64,000 nucleotides of DNA from Utricularia gibba. Lineage: Eukaryota > Plantae > Magnoliophyta. The stretch is taken from assembly GCA_002189035.1 (NCBI GenBank), contig CM007989.1:4340001-4404000 (forward strand), given 5' to 3'. Below the pieces are notes generated by a model. That model did no database searches, was not told where the DNA came from, and worked only from the letters and a program-made list of their open reading frames with translations. Positions 22,921-36,700 of this stretch are shown piece after piece. Each line of letters opens with the position of its first letter. The stretch's first letter is position 1. Made by a program: the position numbers and the translations under genes.

Positions 22921-25900
22921 TCATGCATTCCTACCAAAACCTTGTCTTCCGTGGAAGGCATGGCCATTGGAGAAATGGTGCCCACCCCTACGCCCTGCTG
23001 AAAGAGACAATGAACATAATTACGTCTTGGAGAGAAAAGGAGCAACAACAAGGCTGAGAGAGTGAGATTCGGAGACAAACTCCACTCTGTGTAGTGTGCA
23101 TGGCAAGTTGAAGGGGTGTAGATAAATACAATACTCTGATGATTCCACTCACCATCACGAAAAGGGGCTGCTCTCCCAAGGGTATGGCGAGGTTGCTGAT
23201 ACATGTGGCTGGTAGAAGAGGGGTTTATATGATGTGTGGACTGAGAATCACTCGCCATGTGTGAGTATCCATGAATTTCTGCACTACCACATGCTTCGTT
23301 GCCATACCTACATAGGGAAAAAGGCAACACAAACATTCTGTTAAGTTAATCATGCTTCTCAATGAATCCATGATGAGAGGCTAGCAAACCTAAGCATGTA
23401 TTCAAGTAGGCACATACAATGTACAACTTGGAACCTACCAACAGACACAAGCAAAAAGGCTAAAGTAATTGTTTTCAACGAGGCATGGATACCTTTGCTT
23501 AGAATTGCAAGGATTTGAAAGGAGGGTAGGTCTTGCAGCCGTTCCTAATGCTTCATTAGTTGCCACGGATTTACTCAGATGCATCCCCTTCACAAATTCA
23601 TTTGTCATGATGCTGACTTCTGCACTATCCTCTTGCAAAAGTGATTCATCACTGCAAAACCAGCAACACAAGAGAAAATAAACTAGTCAGCACAGCAAAA
23701 AGTGATATTGGGATTGACATCAATGTGATGCCAAGGCACTACATACCCACATGCCTACCTGTAGTCGGGATCCCAATCACCAGGGTCATGTAGCAAGTTA
23801 CTACTCTCTGATTTCTCACAGATGCTTCCATGGAGAATCTGCGTTTTAGGGGATAAGGAACTAGAGGTTTTACCTCTCCCTCCTAGATGTGTTCTCCTTG
23901 ATGATGGGATTGTGCTCCACTGCCCTTTTGAAGGAGAACCAACTAACATCGATGTTTTTACCTCAGATGGGCAATGACTCTTCAATTCACCAAGTTGTCC
24001 GTGGCAGGATGTAGAGGATATGGGTTCTTGGGATTGGAAATTTTCATTGTATGCCCAGTTAACTCGTTTGTTGTAGTGACTGCCAGATGCGATTTTCCCT
24101 AATGGGGATCCTTGACAATTGCCTTGAACTGGCGATGCAGGATCATACTGTCCAGGTGAACCAATTGGAAATTGGCTGAAGGAACTGGGAGGTGTAAATT
24201 GTGAAGGACTAGAACCCAGAGACATGGGAACCAAATTTCCAGGACTAAAACCAATTCCAGTGCCATGTGGAAAATGAATCATACGCCACATATCAGGACT
24301 ACTCCCCACAACAGGGATGCCACTTTGGTAGTAGATATTCATGGAAGATTGACCAGCCGGAGAATAAAATGCACTGAAATTGTGTCCATCACCATAACTC
24401 CCGTAGCTAACTCCAAGAGCCATATTCTCGGTGTAGCTCCCCTGACTACCCAAGCTCCCACAACTTCCATGGTGCATCTGAGACATTATTTGATAATGTG
24501 GACTGCTGGGCACCGATGCACAATTTGTGCCCATGACCTATAAAAAGAAAACGGTTATCACGTCTTGCTCAAACGACCCTCAAGTCCTAAAACAGAAATA
24601 CTCACATTTGGAGAGAGTCCAGCTGCAAACCAATGTCCTGCTGCAGGATGATGGAAAACTTTAACATTTTTAGGAACAGTCTGGGGAAAAGAAGGGCAAA
24701 ACATAAAAACGCCATAAAGCATTTAAGGAACGAGGGCCCTGTAGATAACCACCAAAAATCGGTCACCTTCAGCATTTGCCTATTCTTTTAGTTCTAGAAA
24801 AGTACGAACTCGATACACAAAGGAAAAAAGCATATGAAACATTCCGAAAATTCTTTCCAGGATATTTAGACTGGAGATAAATGCTCACCATTGAAGGGGG
24901 CTCTTCAGCAGGTTTATATGGATGTGTGAAAGGTTCCCCTGTCACAAAGGGTGTTTTGAAGCCTTGTGCATTGTCAAAGTTCAGTAAGATTGTTGGCATC
25001 AAATCAGTTATGAAGAGGGAAAAAAACAGTAGAAAGCCGTCATATATCAGAAGAATATTAAAAAACACTGCATAATCTATTTCACAAATTAGTAGGTGCG
25101 GTGCAACTCTTCTCATTCAAAAAAGCGGTTATGCAATATGAATACGTCTAATCCTCTCAGGGAGAGTGGAAATTCTGAAATGAGAGAAAGCAAAAATAAC
25201 AAAAAGCATGCTTTATTGTTAAGGGAAGGAATCATGCACCAAGAATGAAGTCTATTTCACAAAGCACCAAGCTTTGCATGCAAACAATCTCTATAAAAAA
25301 AAAAGTGTTCTAAATGATGCTTATAAACAGATAAGACGCGAAGATGCATTAAAAAATAAATGTTGAAAAAAAAAAGCAGGATTTTGTAAACAAGCACTTG
25401 ATGAACACTCGTACCTGCAATGGAGACCAGCGTTTTGCTGGATCAAATTCAAGAAGTCCGCTTAATAAATCAGCAAGTGCTAGTCGCATCCCACTTTCTG
25501 TATGACCACGGGATCAGTGCCTTGTGATGAAATCAAATACAATGCCAAAGGATCTCTCCCACTAAGTAAATCTCTAATGTTAAATACCTTGAGCAATTTC
25601 TTCACCAGCAAAATTCTTCTTGTAGGGATAATTCATCACAATCTCTTCAAGGCTCATATTATTAAAGTACTCCTTCCCAATTAATGGTTTAACTGATTCC
25701 CTCTGAAGAAATAAATAATCAAATCAGAAAAGCATATGGGACAACAGGAAAACAAACAACAGCTGTAGAGAAATGAAAAAAAAAAAAATAGGCATGATTA
25801 CTGATTGGGGAAAACATATTTTCAAAGAGCATCAGGAGATATACTTCCGTTTGAAAAATGAATACAGCACCAAACTAATTCCTGAGAGGAGGTATGAACA

Positions 25901-28900
25901 GTGGCATTGAAACTGAGAAAATTTTCCTTAATTTTTCCAAATACTGGAGTGAGGAGATTCCATTGTGAAATACAAGCATCCCAGCATCCAACTTTCAATA
26001 CATGATTAGAAAGGATTTACATTAACACAACGTTGAAGCCACAAAATGGAATATATTTCAAAAAATAAAGTGATGCCACAATAAACCAAAGAACAAAAGT
26101 GAGCAGTTTCAGATGAAAAAGTCACTCATATATATACTTTTCAGCGCACTTACAGCAGCATATTCTTCCTTGGTCAAGGCATGGAACAAGCTAGAACTAG
26201 TTCCATATTTCCGGTCTGTTGCTTCATAGTTGGTGCTCCCAGTGAGTTTAAAAAACTTGCAAGTATTTTTGGCATCTCGAAGTACATAGTCAGGAGGTTG
26301 GGACCTGTCAATTTTCGTGTGTGCGTGTGTGTGTCAAAGCCACTTCCAAGGGAATCAAATAATTGAGCAAAAACATTTGAGGTGAGCAGATCAGAAAAAG
26401 ATTAAGATTGGTAGAAAGAAGTTCCAAACAATGACGCATCCTATACTTCAAATGAGTGACATGCCCTTTTTAAACTTTCAGTGCAAGAGTTTATTTCAAC
26501 CCATTCAGTTTTAGAATACACGCAAACAGGACTGCAGCTTAAATAAATGTTCCAAAAGAAAAAAAAATCAGATAAGGCATAGAGGCAAGAAGATTGATGC
26601 AGGGTTAACAAAGTTCCTCACAGAAGTAGCACCACACAATACAGCACAATCTCTACACAAGTGATCGCTTTTATTATCAGCATATTACAATCAAGAACAG
26701 ATACGTATTGGAGAAAAAAACGGCTGAATACAAATTTCCCAGAACCATTACAAAAGGACAGGCCCTATTAAACATCAAGTAGTTACCTAGCGACAGAGCC
26801 TTGTCATATCATCCATAAACGGAGATGAAGGCAATAGAAAAAGTATACTTGCTTAGATATATGTTTACTAAATGGAATAATTTCATGTCAATTAAACCTC
26901 AGAAGTGAAAAATAAGAATATTGTACCCTAGAATCTTGATCATTCTCCTCAGAAGATCAAACTCTGAGCCGCCTGGAAACAATGGAAGCCCCAAATACAG
27001 CTCAGCAACAATACATCCAAGTGACCACATGTCAATAGCAGTCGTGTACCTATGTAAGATTAGGGCTCCACGACATAATTTGCAAACACAAAATCAACCG
27101 AAAGCCTATGAATACTGGATACAAAGATGTGAGAAAAGCAGTGAAGCTTCTGCAATCTGTATCTGTGGAAGCAAGCAGAAGCACTACACAACACACACAC
27201 ACAAAGAACAGGATTATATAAATACTACAAGACCATGTAGTAAAATTTATGTATAGTGCAGGATACTGATACCCAAGAAGAATTTCAGGTGATCTATAAT
27301 ATCTACTCTGCAAAAGAGACAAGCAAATTAATAATTCAATTCAAAATATTTTCGGTCTCTGGAAATTCTCAATGTCTACCTGTATATAAGAATAAATAGT
27401 GTGATCATGCACGCATGCGGATCCAAAGTCTATAATTTTTATTTCCGTAGGCTTTAAACTGCCATGTATGTTGGGTAATGAGGATTAGCAAACTGATAAC
27501 ATTTTTGAGTTACTTATGGGTGACTTCAATGAATTGCTAACCTTGAGCATAAAAGAATATTTTCAGGCTTTAGATCACAATGAATTATACCAGCATGCTT
27601 TATCAAAGACAGCCCGCTCAATATCTGCACATATAAAAATAAATTTATATAAGGTGAAAAACTCGTGGACAATCACAAAAAAATGGTAATGTGAAACAAA
27701 CATATGACCTGCTTCGAGAATAGCTGCACTGCGCTCAAAGACACTCCACGAAAATTGTTCAACTTTATTAGCTCATAACTGAAGCAAAGTTTCAAAAATA
27801 ACAAACACAAGATATGTTATTTAGAAAAAATAATCTAACTTTATATAGATGAACGGCAGTATGGCAACTTACAGATTAATTCCAAGATGCTCAAAAACGA
27901 TGCATAAGTGGCCTTTGAAAACGAAGTAATCATATATTCTCACAATGTGATGCTTGTCCTCAGGATCAAACCTCTTATTCAACTGGGGTACAAAAAAGTG
28001 GCTGAGCTTTCAGAAAGTGCTTGCGCCAAAAGACCAGACGAAGGGACAGAGTACGGATGAAGTGACTTAACTGAAGTTAGAAGACCAACTTCCACTAGCG
28101 CCTGCTGATAATATGCAGGTGAATTCTTGATTATCTTCACGGCCACAAAATTTTTTGTTTCCGGAATCCTACACTTGGCAACCTGACCAAACGTTCCATG
28201 GCCCAACATGGCCTTGACAATGTATCTGCACAATAAATGAACATGTTGCATTGCAAAATGCAGTTTTTGATTTATTCAGGGAGATTGCTGAGAAAAGTCA
28301 TAAAAAGAGCACAGATCATAGACCACACCTACCACATCAGCAGAGTAAATTCCAAATGATTGAGGTCCATTTGCTAAGCGAATAAAGGTATAACTTAGAT
28401 GATGCATTTTTTATGCTCAAGATGTTCAAGAAAAACATCACTATTTGCTCAAACTAACCATGCACAAATAACTCGAGCATGAAGAGGATCTATATTAATT
28501 TGTCCTAAAACAGAAATTCCATTTAGACAACATTCTAGAATGAGAGATAGCAACATGCTGTAGACAATCATACAAGATAACAAAATTCAGACGAAATGCA
28601 CCTTTGGTTTTTATGAGAGTTAAACAACAAATAATTCATGCTGAGGATGAGGTCCGAGTTTGCATTATCATAGCCATCATTCAACACTCCGATAGAAGGT
28701 GATGTCAAGAAGATCTTAGGAATGGATGCTTCTGAATAACGGAATTGGCTATTGCAGGTTTGGTAAACCTCAACTATATCTTTTGTCAAACGCGCAACCA
28801 ACTGCAGCATGGCACAAGTAAAATTAAAATTAAAATGTTTTCAGGTTAAAATCCACAATTAGCTATTACATAGCCTCTACATAAAAATCAAAATATTTCT

Positions 28901-29572
28901 TAACCGGTTTTTTTCAAAATGAGGAAAAAAAACGCAAATGTATCAAGTAACGAAAAAGCATGAATATCATGGTGAACAATACTCATCAAAGTGGCTAAGG
29001 AAATACGAAACGCAACCAGATTTACCAATTGGCATCTAATTCAGTCTCCAAAACTAAGACCATTCCCCAAAACACAATTGGTCTTTCCACATCCAAACAC
29101 TTGATTGTATGATATGCATAATCGATTATGATAATGCTGACTGATCTTATATCGATTTCCTCTTATATCATCATAATGAGGAATCAAACCAAAGAAAATA
29201 TTGCAGAACAGGGAGCTTTGTGTACACTGACCTTCACAAACAGGGGTAAAAAACTTAATTCACCCAGACTACTTCAACATGTTTCAAAGGGTGGCAAAGA
29301 AGAAAACCATGAAAACAACTCATGCGGTCACTGTAGAAAGAAAAAGTTAAAACAGAAAGATCGCCTACCGGTCTTCTCACAGCCACTCGCAGCTTCAGGG
29401 GATTCATCATAGTTTCTGTTACCGGAGAATAGGGGAAAAATGCGAGCGGCCGTGGATGCCATGACATGTGCTTCGACTCCCATGAAGATGACATTGAGCC
29501 GAGGGTTGTTCCTGAACCTAAAGGCAATGACTCCTTAAACCTAGTACCACCATACATGTCCTCCATAACCAT
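22921..29572 (-). CDS. YAK1: Dual-specificity protein kinase YAK1 (DYRK family), ~17-18 exons, with an apparent 1-nt deletion in exon 24962-24889
   Basis: [105 protein letters not shown]. Splice phases check out for all core exons except one. The start is 29572 or 29566, and the last intron is inferred. Confidence 0.93.
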
Positions 29573-31299
29573 CACATCTTCCCTAGGAAATCCCCATTAA
29601 CGAACACCGAAACTAATAGGTTCAGGGCTCCGACACTAGATTTCCCACGGCATGAATGTCTGTCTAACCGGTGATCACGTCTTCCGTAACCACCCCCCTG
29701 GCTCAACTCAGTAGAAAAACCCGCAATAATCAGACGAATTAACATAAAAAAAATCGATATTTTAGAGTCAAACGCAGCTAAATGATCCAAAACTCAGGCT
29801 TCGGCGATCATCACATAGCTGCTTCACCAACCCAAATCTCAATATGATGAAAGGCAGGCAATCAATCCTGATACGATGAAAGATGAAATCCGCATCCTTC
29901 ACCGAATGAAATCAAGGATTTTGTCGCCTGTAGGGTCGACAGAGACTCTTCTCCACAGAATCCCCTATTTGTCAACGTCGACTCTACCAGACCAGCGAAA
30001 CCAAACAGAAGAGGAAGGTATGATAATTAATGATTTATAAAATAGTTTATAAATAAGTTTTTTTATTTATATTACAATATAAATTCATTTATCATTCGAG
30101 TTTAATTAATATCATAATTTTTATTGTAAAATTTTTTTTCTTAAAAATATATAACATTAATATTTAGACATATTATGTATAAAGTTAATTATAAATTTTT
30201 TTTATTAACATACATAACAAATAATTTTACATGAATATATTTTTCAAATTATTATCTTTTTATAAATTAATCTCATCTATATGCACCAACTAATCACAAA
30301 AAGGAAAAAAAATTATGATTAAACATTATATTCAATTAATGACAATAAAGGAACATATTTGAGGACCACAATCTCTCCCTCCATTGGCAAAACAAGATCC
30401 CAACTCTAATATGCAATGTCACTTTAAATAGGTTTAATATGATGGTTTAATTAACATTATATTTCAATTATTTATATTTACATAAATACATTTTATGTAG
30501 TTATAATTAAATGTATATTTTATTTATAATATCTACAAATATATTTAAAATATTATAAACGATTAATTTTTTGTCATTTTAAATTATATTTTTTAAAATA
30601 TTTTGAATTATGATGATAATTTTACGAATTTACAAAAATAATGAAAATCATAATTAAATATCATCGACATTAGAAATTGATTAATTTGGAATTTAGTAAA
30701 AAAAACTAAAAAAAGTATAATAAAATAAAATAATAATTTTATGATAATATAAAGTCAGGAATTTAAATATGTTTTTGTATTTGTACGTAAATTTCAAATA
30801 TTGATTCATTTCCATAATATGTTAAAATAATAATAATCATTAATTGTTATGATATTATCTCATGTAATAAGATTATAGAATTAACATCATTAAAATTATT
30901 TTAATTCTTATAATAATTCATGTTTTCCCAATATTTGATATTAACTTATAAAATCACATATTCACAAACAAGTTAGATCAAATATATCGTGACAATTATT
31001 TCTCACATTCTTAGATGGTTTAATGATAGTTTTGAGGGTGTTTAATTTAATATGTGCATTTTGTAAGAAATTTTAAATTAAACTCTAAAGTAGTGTTTAG
31101 TAGATGATTTAATAGAATTTTTGAAATACATTTATTTAAGGTGTGTGTTTGGTGATAAATTTTAAAAATGATTTAAGATAAATTAAAATAACATATAAAA
31201 GTATATCAAAAATTTAATAGATAATATATTTTATCTAAGGCAAAATTTTACCTATTAAGAAATATATTAAGGATAGCCAATTTTACCTATTAAGAAATT

Positions 31300-33750
31300 T
31301 TATCTAAATCGTAGATTTAGTCCCACCTAATACTAAAATAACATAACTATGGTACTTTACACAAAAAGATAAAATAGGCAGTAAAACTAAATTTTTGTAG
31401 CACAATATGAATCTTTTCCATATATTTAATCACTCAAAAATATGTGTTATCACATTATGCTACAATGACACTAGACTTGTGTTCAAGTCCTAACTAAGAC
31501 TAATAGGAGCTAGCAATTGAGGGATTTCCAACAACCATGCAGAGAATTGACATTTAAGTTCAGAATGCAGGAATTGAAAGAGTGCTAATGTGCAAGACGG
31601 GTAATCACTCAAGCATACATGTGAATTTCATCAAAATAAGTGCCTTCAAAGATTAAATAAACTAATATGACATAGTTAAATTTTCAAACGGATACTAGTG
31701 GTCTCTTTTCATTTCTTCCTCTCTTCACTTTTTTCATTTTGTACAAAGATCAATAGTAGGGAAAGTTCCAAGCTTAACTCAGTCAATTTTCACTCCCTTC
31801 CTTTGTATATGGAGTGTGGGCTAAGCAATCCTCTCCTTATTTCTCCTGAAGGTTTCCTACTCCTCTAAGTCATTCTCATAACCTCCCTTCTCTCTTTACG
31901 TTGTTGTCGACACACGCTTTTTAGTTGTGTGTTGCTTTTCAAGACATGAGATCTCATCGCTTTTTTCATGATGATGCTTTTCTGACCCCCTCTTTTTTTC
32001 CATCCCTCTATAAGCCTTTCGACCACCAGTATTCATGAAAGAACCAAATATGTCAGCTTGCACAAAAAAAAATCTCAATTGCACAAATCAGAATTCATCA
32101 CACATGTTGCTACCTCACAAAGATAAGTAGGTTAAAATTCATGCTCACGGGTGTAGAAACGGTGAAAACAAAATTCATGCATCCTATACTTCATGAAAAG
32201 CATCACGCATGTATATGAAAATTCCTCAAATAGCTTGCAAAATTCTCCTAGTCCTAGTACCGAACTACTAAATTACTCCTAATTTAGACTAACGCTCTAA
32301 AAATAAAAATAAAAATAAAAATAAAACTAAGGTAATGCAGCAATGTTACTTGATTAGGGAAGAGTCTCTCACTCCCTATTTCAGTTCCTTCACTTCCCTT
32401 AACAAATCCCTAACCCTATCATAAACCATGTCAATTTGCTCCTTGCAGCAGCAGCCTTTTTCATTCTTTCGGTTTGTGAGTGTTTGAGTAGAGGTTCCTC
32501 CCTTTTTCTTCAATGGGAGTTCTTTCCCGCATAACCGTGCAAGAGACCTAAAGACAAACCCACTCCCTTGTGCCTGACTTAGTCCTGAAGTCTTAAGGAA
32601 ATGAGCATTTAAAGGGACAATTTTTGTCCCAACATGAAACATGAATTTCTTCTGGATTTCACATATTTTCATGCATCATATTATAGTGTTCATGTAATGT
32701 GTTCTAGTCACGGCTCATGGGTAGCAGGCCACTCTTTTCCTTTTTCTTAATAGAAGTGTTAGTCAAGCACTCGCACCTTATACCTCTAGGCCTTCTCCTA
32801 CTCCTCTAAACTAATCTATCCTTGCTAACCTTTTCACCTTGCTTTGAGTCTGCACATGCTATTTAATTACTACTTTTTAGGATTCATGCTTCATCGCTTT
32901 TTATATGATGATGTTTTTCAGGCCCCTCTTTTTTTGGTTGGCAATCGGTATCCCTGGTGGTTAAGAAGTGTACTAACTCATGTAAAATTAAGCTAGAGTA
33001 CACTTACTAGATTCATCTAGTCATGCATGCACTCACAAGGAAGGAACAACAATAACGTAATCTCAAGGTTTGAAAAGGCATACAAAGTTCATGCATTTAG
33101 ATCATCTCACAATCATCATCTTCAATCAGCTGATGTTTCGAAATAGTTTTCCAAAAACTTAATGAAATCTGGTAACACATGCCATATAATTCCTATCAAA
33201 AACTAAAACATCATTCATCGACTAATAAACATAACAGAAAAGTAACTAATTAAAACTAAACTAACTAAATAGGCCCAACAACATGTTACTTGTTCAGGGA
33301 GGCATCGGCCACTCCCTGTTTCAATTCTTTAATTTCCCGAATCAGGTCAGAGATTTTGTCGCTCATCATTTCCAAGATTTATGGGCAGTAGCAGCGTTTT
33401 TCTCCTTGAGTTGAGTTTGATGGAGCAGCAGCAGCATTTTCATTTTTCTTCCTAGGGATCACACTTCCTTCCAATCCTGCCAAAGATCTAAAAACAAAGC
33501 CACTTCCTTGTGCTTTGATTAGTACGGAAACTTTCAAGAAATATGCATCTAAGGGTATTGTCTTAGTTTCAATATGAAAGAATTCAAGCTCAAACAGTTT
33601 TTTAAGACAAAGAGTGTGAACGAGATGTGTGACAATGTGACCAAAACTCAATTTGTAGATTTTTTTGTGCCTATAGTCCCTATGCATTTGTTTTGCTAAC
33701 ATGGCTCCTAGATTCAAAGATCTCTTATGCATAATGCACCACAACATACA
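31300..33750 (-). mobile_element. Athila-like 3' fragment (env-like ORF modules, 3' UTR, start of 3' LTR at 31452)
   Basis: 31320-31452 matches 13720-13858 (TTTTGTAGCACAA, CACTCAAAAATATGTGTTATCA). ORF MLWCIMHKRSLNLGAMLAKQM...LSFGHIVTHL resembles Athila extra-ORF domains. Confidence 0.7.
31780..33700 (-). repeat. Diverged internal tandem duplication, period ~940 bp
   Basis: Matching blocks at a constant ~940 offset: 31840/32780, 31955/32890, 32343/33283, and QAQGSGFVFRSLA vs KAQGSGFVFRSLA coding blocks. Confidence 0.75.
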
Positions 33751-33799
33751 CAACTCACGTGGTCTGATTGATGTAATCTGTGACTAACCCAATACGATC

Positions 33800-36700
33800 A
33801 TTCGGGGTGTTGGAGAGTTGTGAATTTTTGTGTTTAGTAATATGTTTTGTCTTTCTTTCTTCTTGTTTTTCTTTTGTTTTTGTTTTAGTGGTGTGTTTTT
33901 CTATTTTTGTGCATTTAGTTCGTTGGGAGAGAGAATAGCACCCAAAAGGTGCAACGGAGACCCAAGTCATGCTGCAGGTCTTCCCCTTTAGTCTCAGTGA
34001 GTGAATCTTCGAGTGGTTGTATGGACTGCCACCATCCACTATTGCAACGTGGGAAGAGCCTCCATTGGAAAAAGAGCTTTTGCCACCATGCAACAAAGCG
34101 AAAGAGAGAATTTGTAGGAATATTATGGTAAATTCAATCGGATTTGCAACACTTATCCATAGCATGGACTTACTTAAGGTCAAATTTTACAGCATTTTTA
34201 CAAAGGACTGACCCCCATGATTAGAGGACAGATGGATACCACTTGTAATGGTTCATTACTAAAGAACCACCACAGTACTGACGCTCAAAGATTGATCGAA
34301 CAAATGACTGCTAATTCATATTCCACATCTAGCCGTTACAACCACTCATTCCGATCACATGGAGGAATTTCCCAGCCAATAAAATCAGTGCATAAAGTGG
34401 ACAATTCTGAAGTTTTAGCTCAACTGGCTATTATGAGTAAACCTTGAAGCTTGGCTTCCAATCCCTTCTTCAAAAACAAAGAGATATCAAGGATCTTTAA
34501 CTTTTCTCATTCTGAACCAGGACCTATGATACATGAAATATCAATAGAAGAGGTGAGCACATTTTACCAGAACCAAGGAGGGACTTGCAACTATAGAAAC
34601 TATCAGATGCCAAGAAGAAATCACCCTAATTTCTGTTGGAGACAACTAGTGCTTCCTGGTCAAGCACCATCATTATGGAACCCTTCTGCTATTTCTCATA
34701 AAACTCTCATTGCTCTGTCTCAACCTCTATAAATCACTCGAGTTCCAAAGTAACCTCTTGTTCTTTATCAGTCAAATCATAATTTGGAGTCCATGATGAA
34801 GTCTCTTGCTGAGAGCACCACCAAAATGTATGCGGCTCAAAAGGACATAGATGGACAAATCACCAGCATGCAAACTCAAATCACCTAACTAGCGCAAGCT
34901 ATGAATCGACTGGAGACGCAAGGAGGACTATCATCCCAACTGATGAAGAACCCATAGCACATCAAAGCAATATCTTTAAGAAGTGGGAAGGATCTTCTGG
35001 ACCCTTACCTAGGATTCATAATTAAGGTGGACAGATCTGAAAAAAAAAAATTAGAAGGCTTGGACAGTGAGGATGAAGTGGATGAAGAGATTATTTGTGA
35101 AAACCCAGATGGTTCTCCAATCCAAATACTGTTGTGCCCACACCACCTGAAGAAGTGAAGGAGAGGGAGATGCAAGAAATTGATCGGTCCAAGTCTTTAG
35201 TGATTCCACCTCCCTTCCCAATGAGACTTCAAAGGAAGAGTAAAGACAAATATGGATTGAAGTCATTCATGGAGATGATGAAGAAGATCAATGTGAACAT
35301 TCCCTTGTTGGACATAATCGATCAAGCATCCAAATATGAAAAAATGTTGAAAGACTTGTGTGACCCCAAGAAGAAGGCAAAGGTGGAAAAAGTAAATCCC
35401 GAGACAAATTCCAAGAAAGTCTAAGGATCCATATATGTTTTCCATTCATGTGACTATTGGTGAAACGAAAATTTCAATTGCCGTATGTGATTTAGGAGCA
35501 TCGCTTAATGTTATGTCTAAGTTTCTTTATCTTTCCCTTGTATCTAAACTAGGTAAACTTAAGTCCACTAGTGTTGTTTGCCAAATAGTTGATAGATTGT
35601 ATGTGAATCCTGATGGTAGAATTGATGATGTGTTTGTACATGTTATAAATTTAATTTTTCCTGCTGACTTTTTAGTTATTCCCATAGAGAGTAAAAATCT
35701 CATAATTTCGAAGTCCATCATTTGGGACCGGCTACTGCAGATACCAAACTTGATGTCCAAACTAGCACAATCTCTCTACATTTTGATGGACAGGTGCTGG
35801 ACTTCAGCCTGGACAAAGCCATGCAGTACTTAGACCAGATCAATGATATTTGTTTAATCTCTACATCTGATGCAAATGTAGAATATTTAGCGATGGTCTA
35901 TGAGCAAGACCCTTGCTCACGTGCCTCACTAAAAACTTTGATTCTGACTGCATTTTATTTTCTGATCCTAAACTTTTAAGCTATCTTGACTATTTATCTA
36001 AAAAATCTAAATTTTCAAACGTTGCTTTTCTGAGTTTGAAAATGCCTAACAGTGAATGGGTTAGCCCTGTGCAAGTTGTCCCAAAGAAACAAGGATCATA
36101 ATCATAGCCAATGACTAAGAGGAACTTTTGCCTACCAGAGTGCAAAATCATTGACGAAAGTGCACCATCAAAGTTGAATGAAGCCACCATGAACTATTAC
36201 CCACTTCTATTCATTGACCAAATGCTGAAAATAGGTGTTGGAAGGAGCCACTATCGCTACTTGGATGATGATTCCGGTTTCCATCAAATACTCGTGGCCC
36301 TAAAAGAACAATCAAAGGTTGCTTTTGTTTGCCCTTTTGGTACTTTTTCTTATCATAAAATACCCTTTGGATTTCAAAGATGCATGGTTAGTATTTTTTC
36401 ACAATATGTTGAAAAAATTATTCAGGTTTTTATGAATGACTTCATAGTTTATGGAAATAGTTTTGATAAATGTCTTATTAATTTGTCATTGATTTTGAAG
36501 TATTTTGTGAAGACCAATCTTGTTTTGAATTAAGAAAAATGTCACTTCATAGTAGAACAATGTATCATTTTAGAACATGTTGTTTCCCAAAACGGAATTG
36601 AGGTTGATAAGGCCAAAATTGAGGTAATCCAAAAATTATCTTATCCCACTTGTGTGAGAGATTTATGTTATTCCCTTGGACATTCTGGATTTTATCATAA

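Noticed and set aside
29572-29790. 72-aa ORF whose stop overlaps the YAK1 start (TGATG), as a conserved-peptide uORF
   Set aside because: It starts at TTG, its first half is T-rich and ends in a plausible acceptor (GAGCCAG), so it is probably a 5'UTR intron; no recognisable peptide
30000-31250. Extremely AT-rich tracts (also 43000-43700 and 57000-58140)
   Set aside because: No TIR/TSD, periodicity or coding signal could be established; ordinary intergenic DNA
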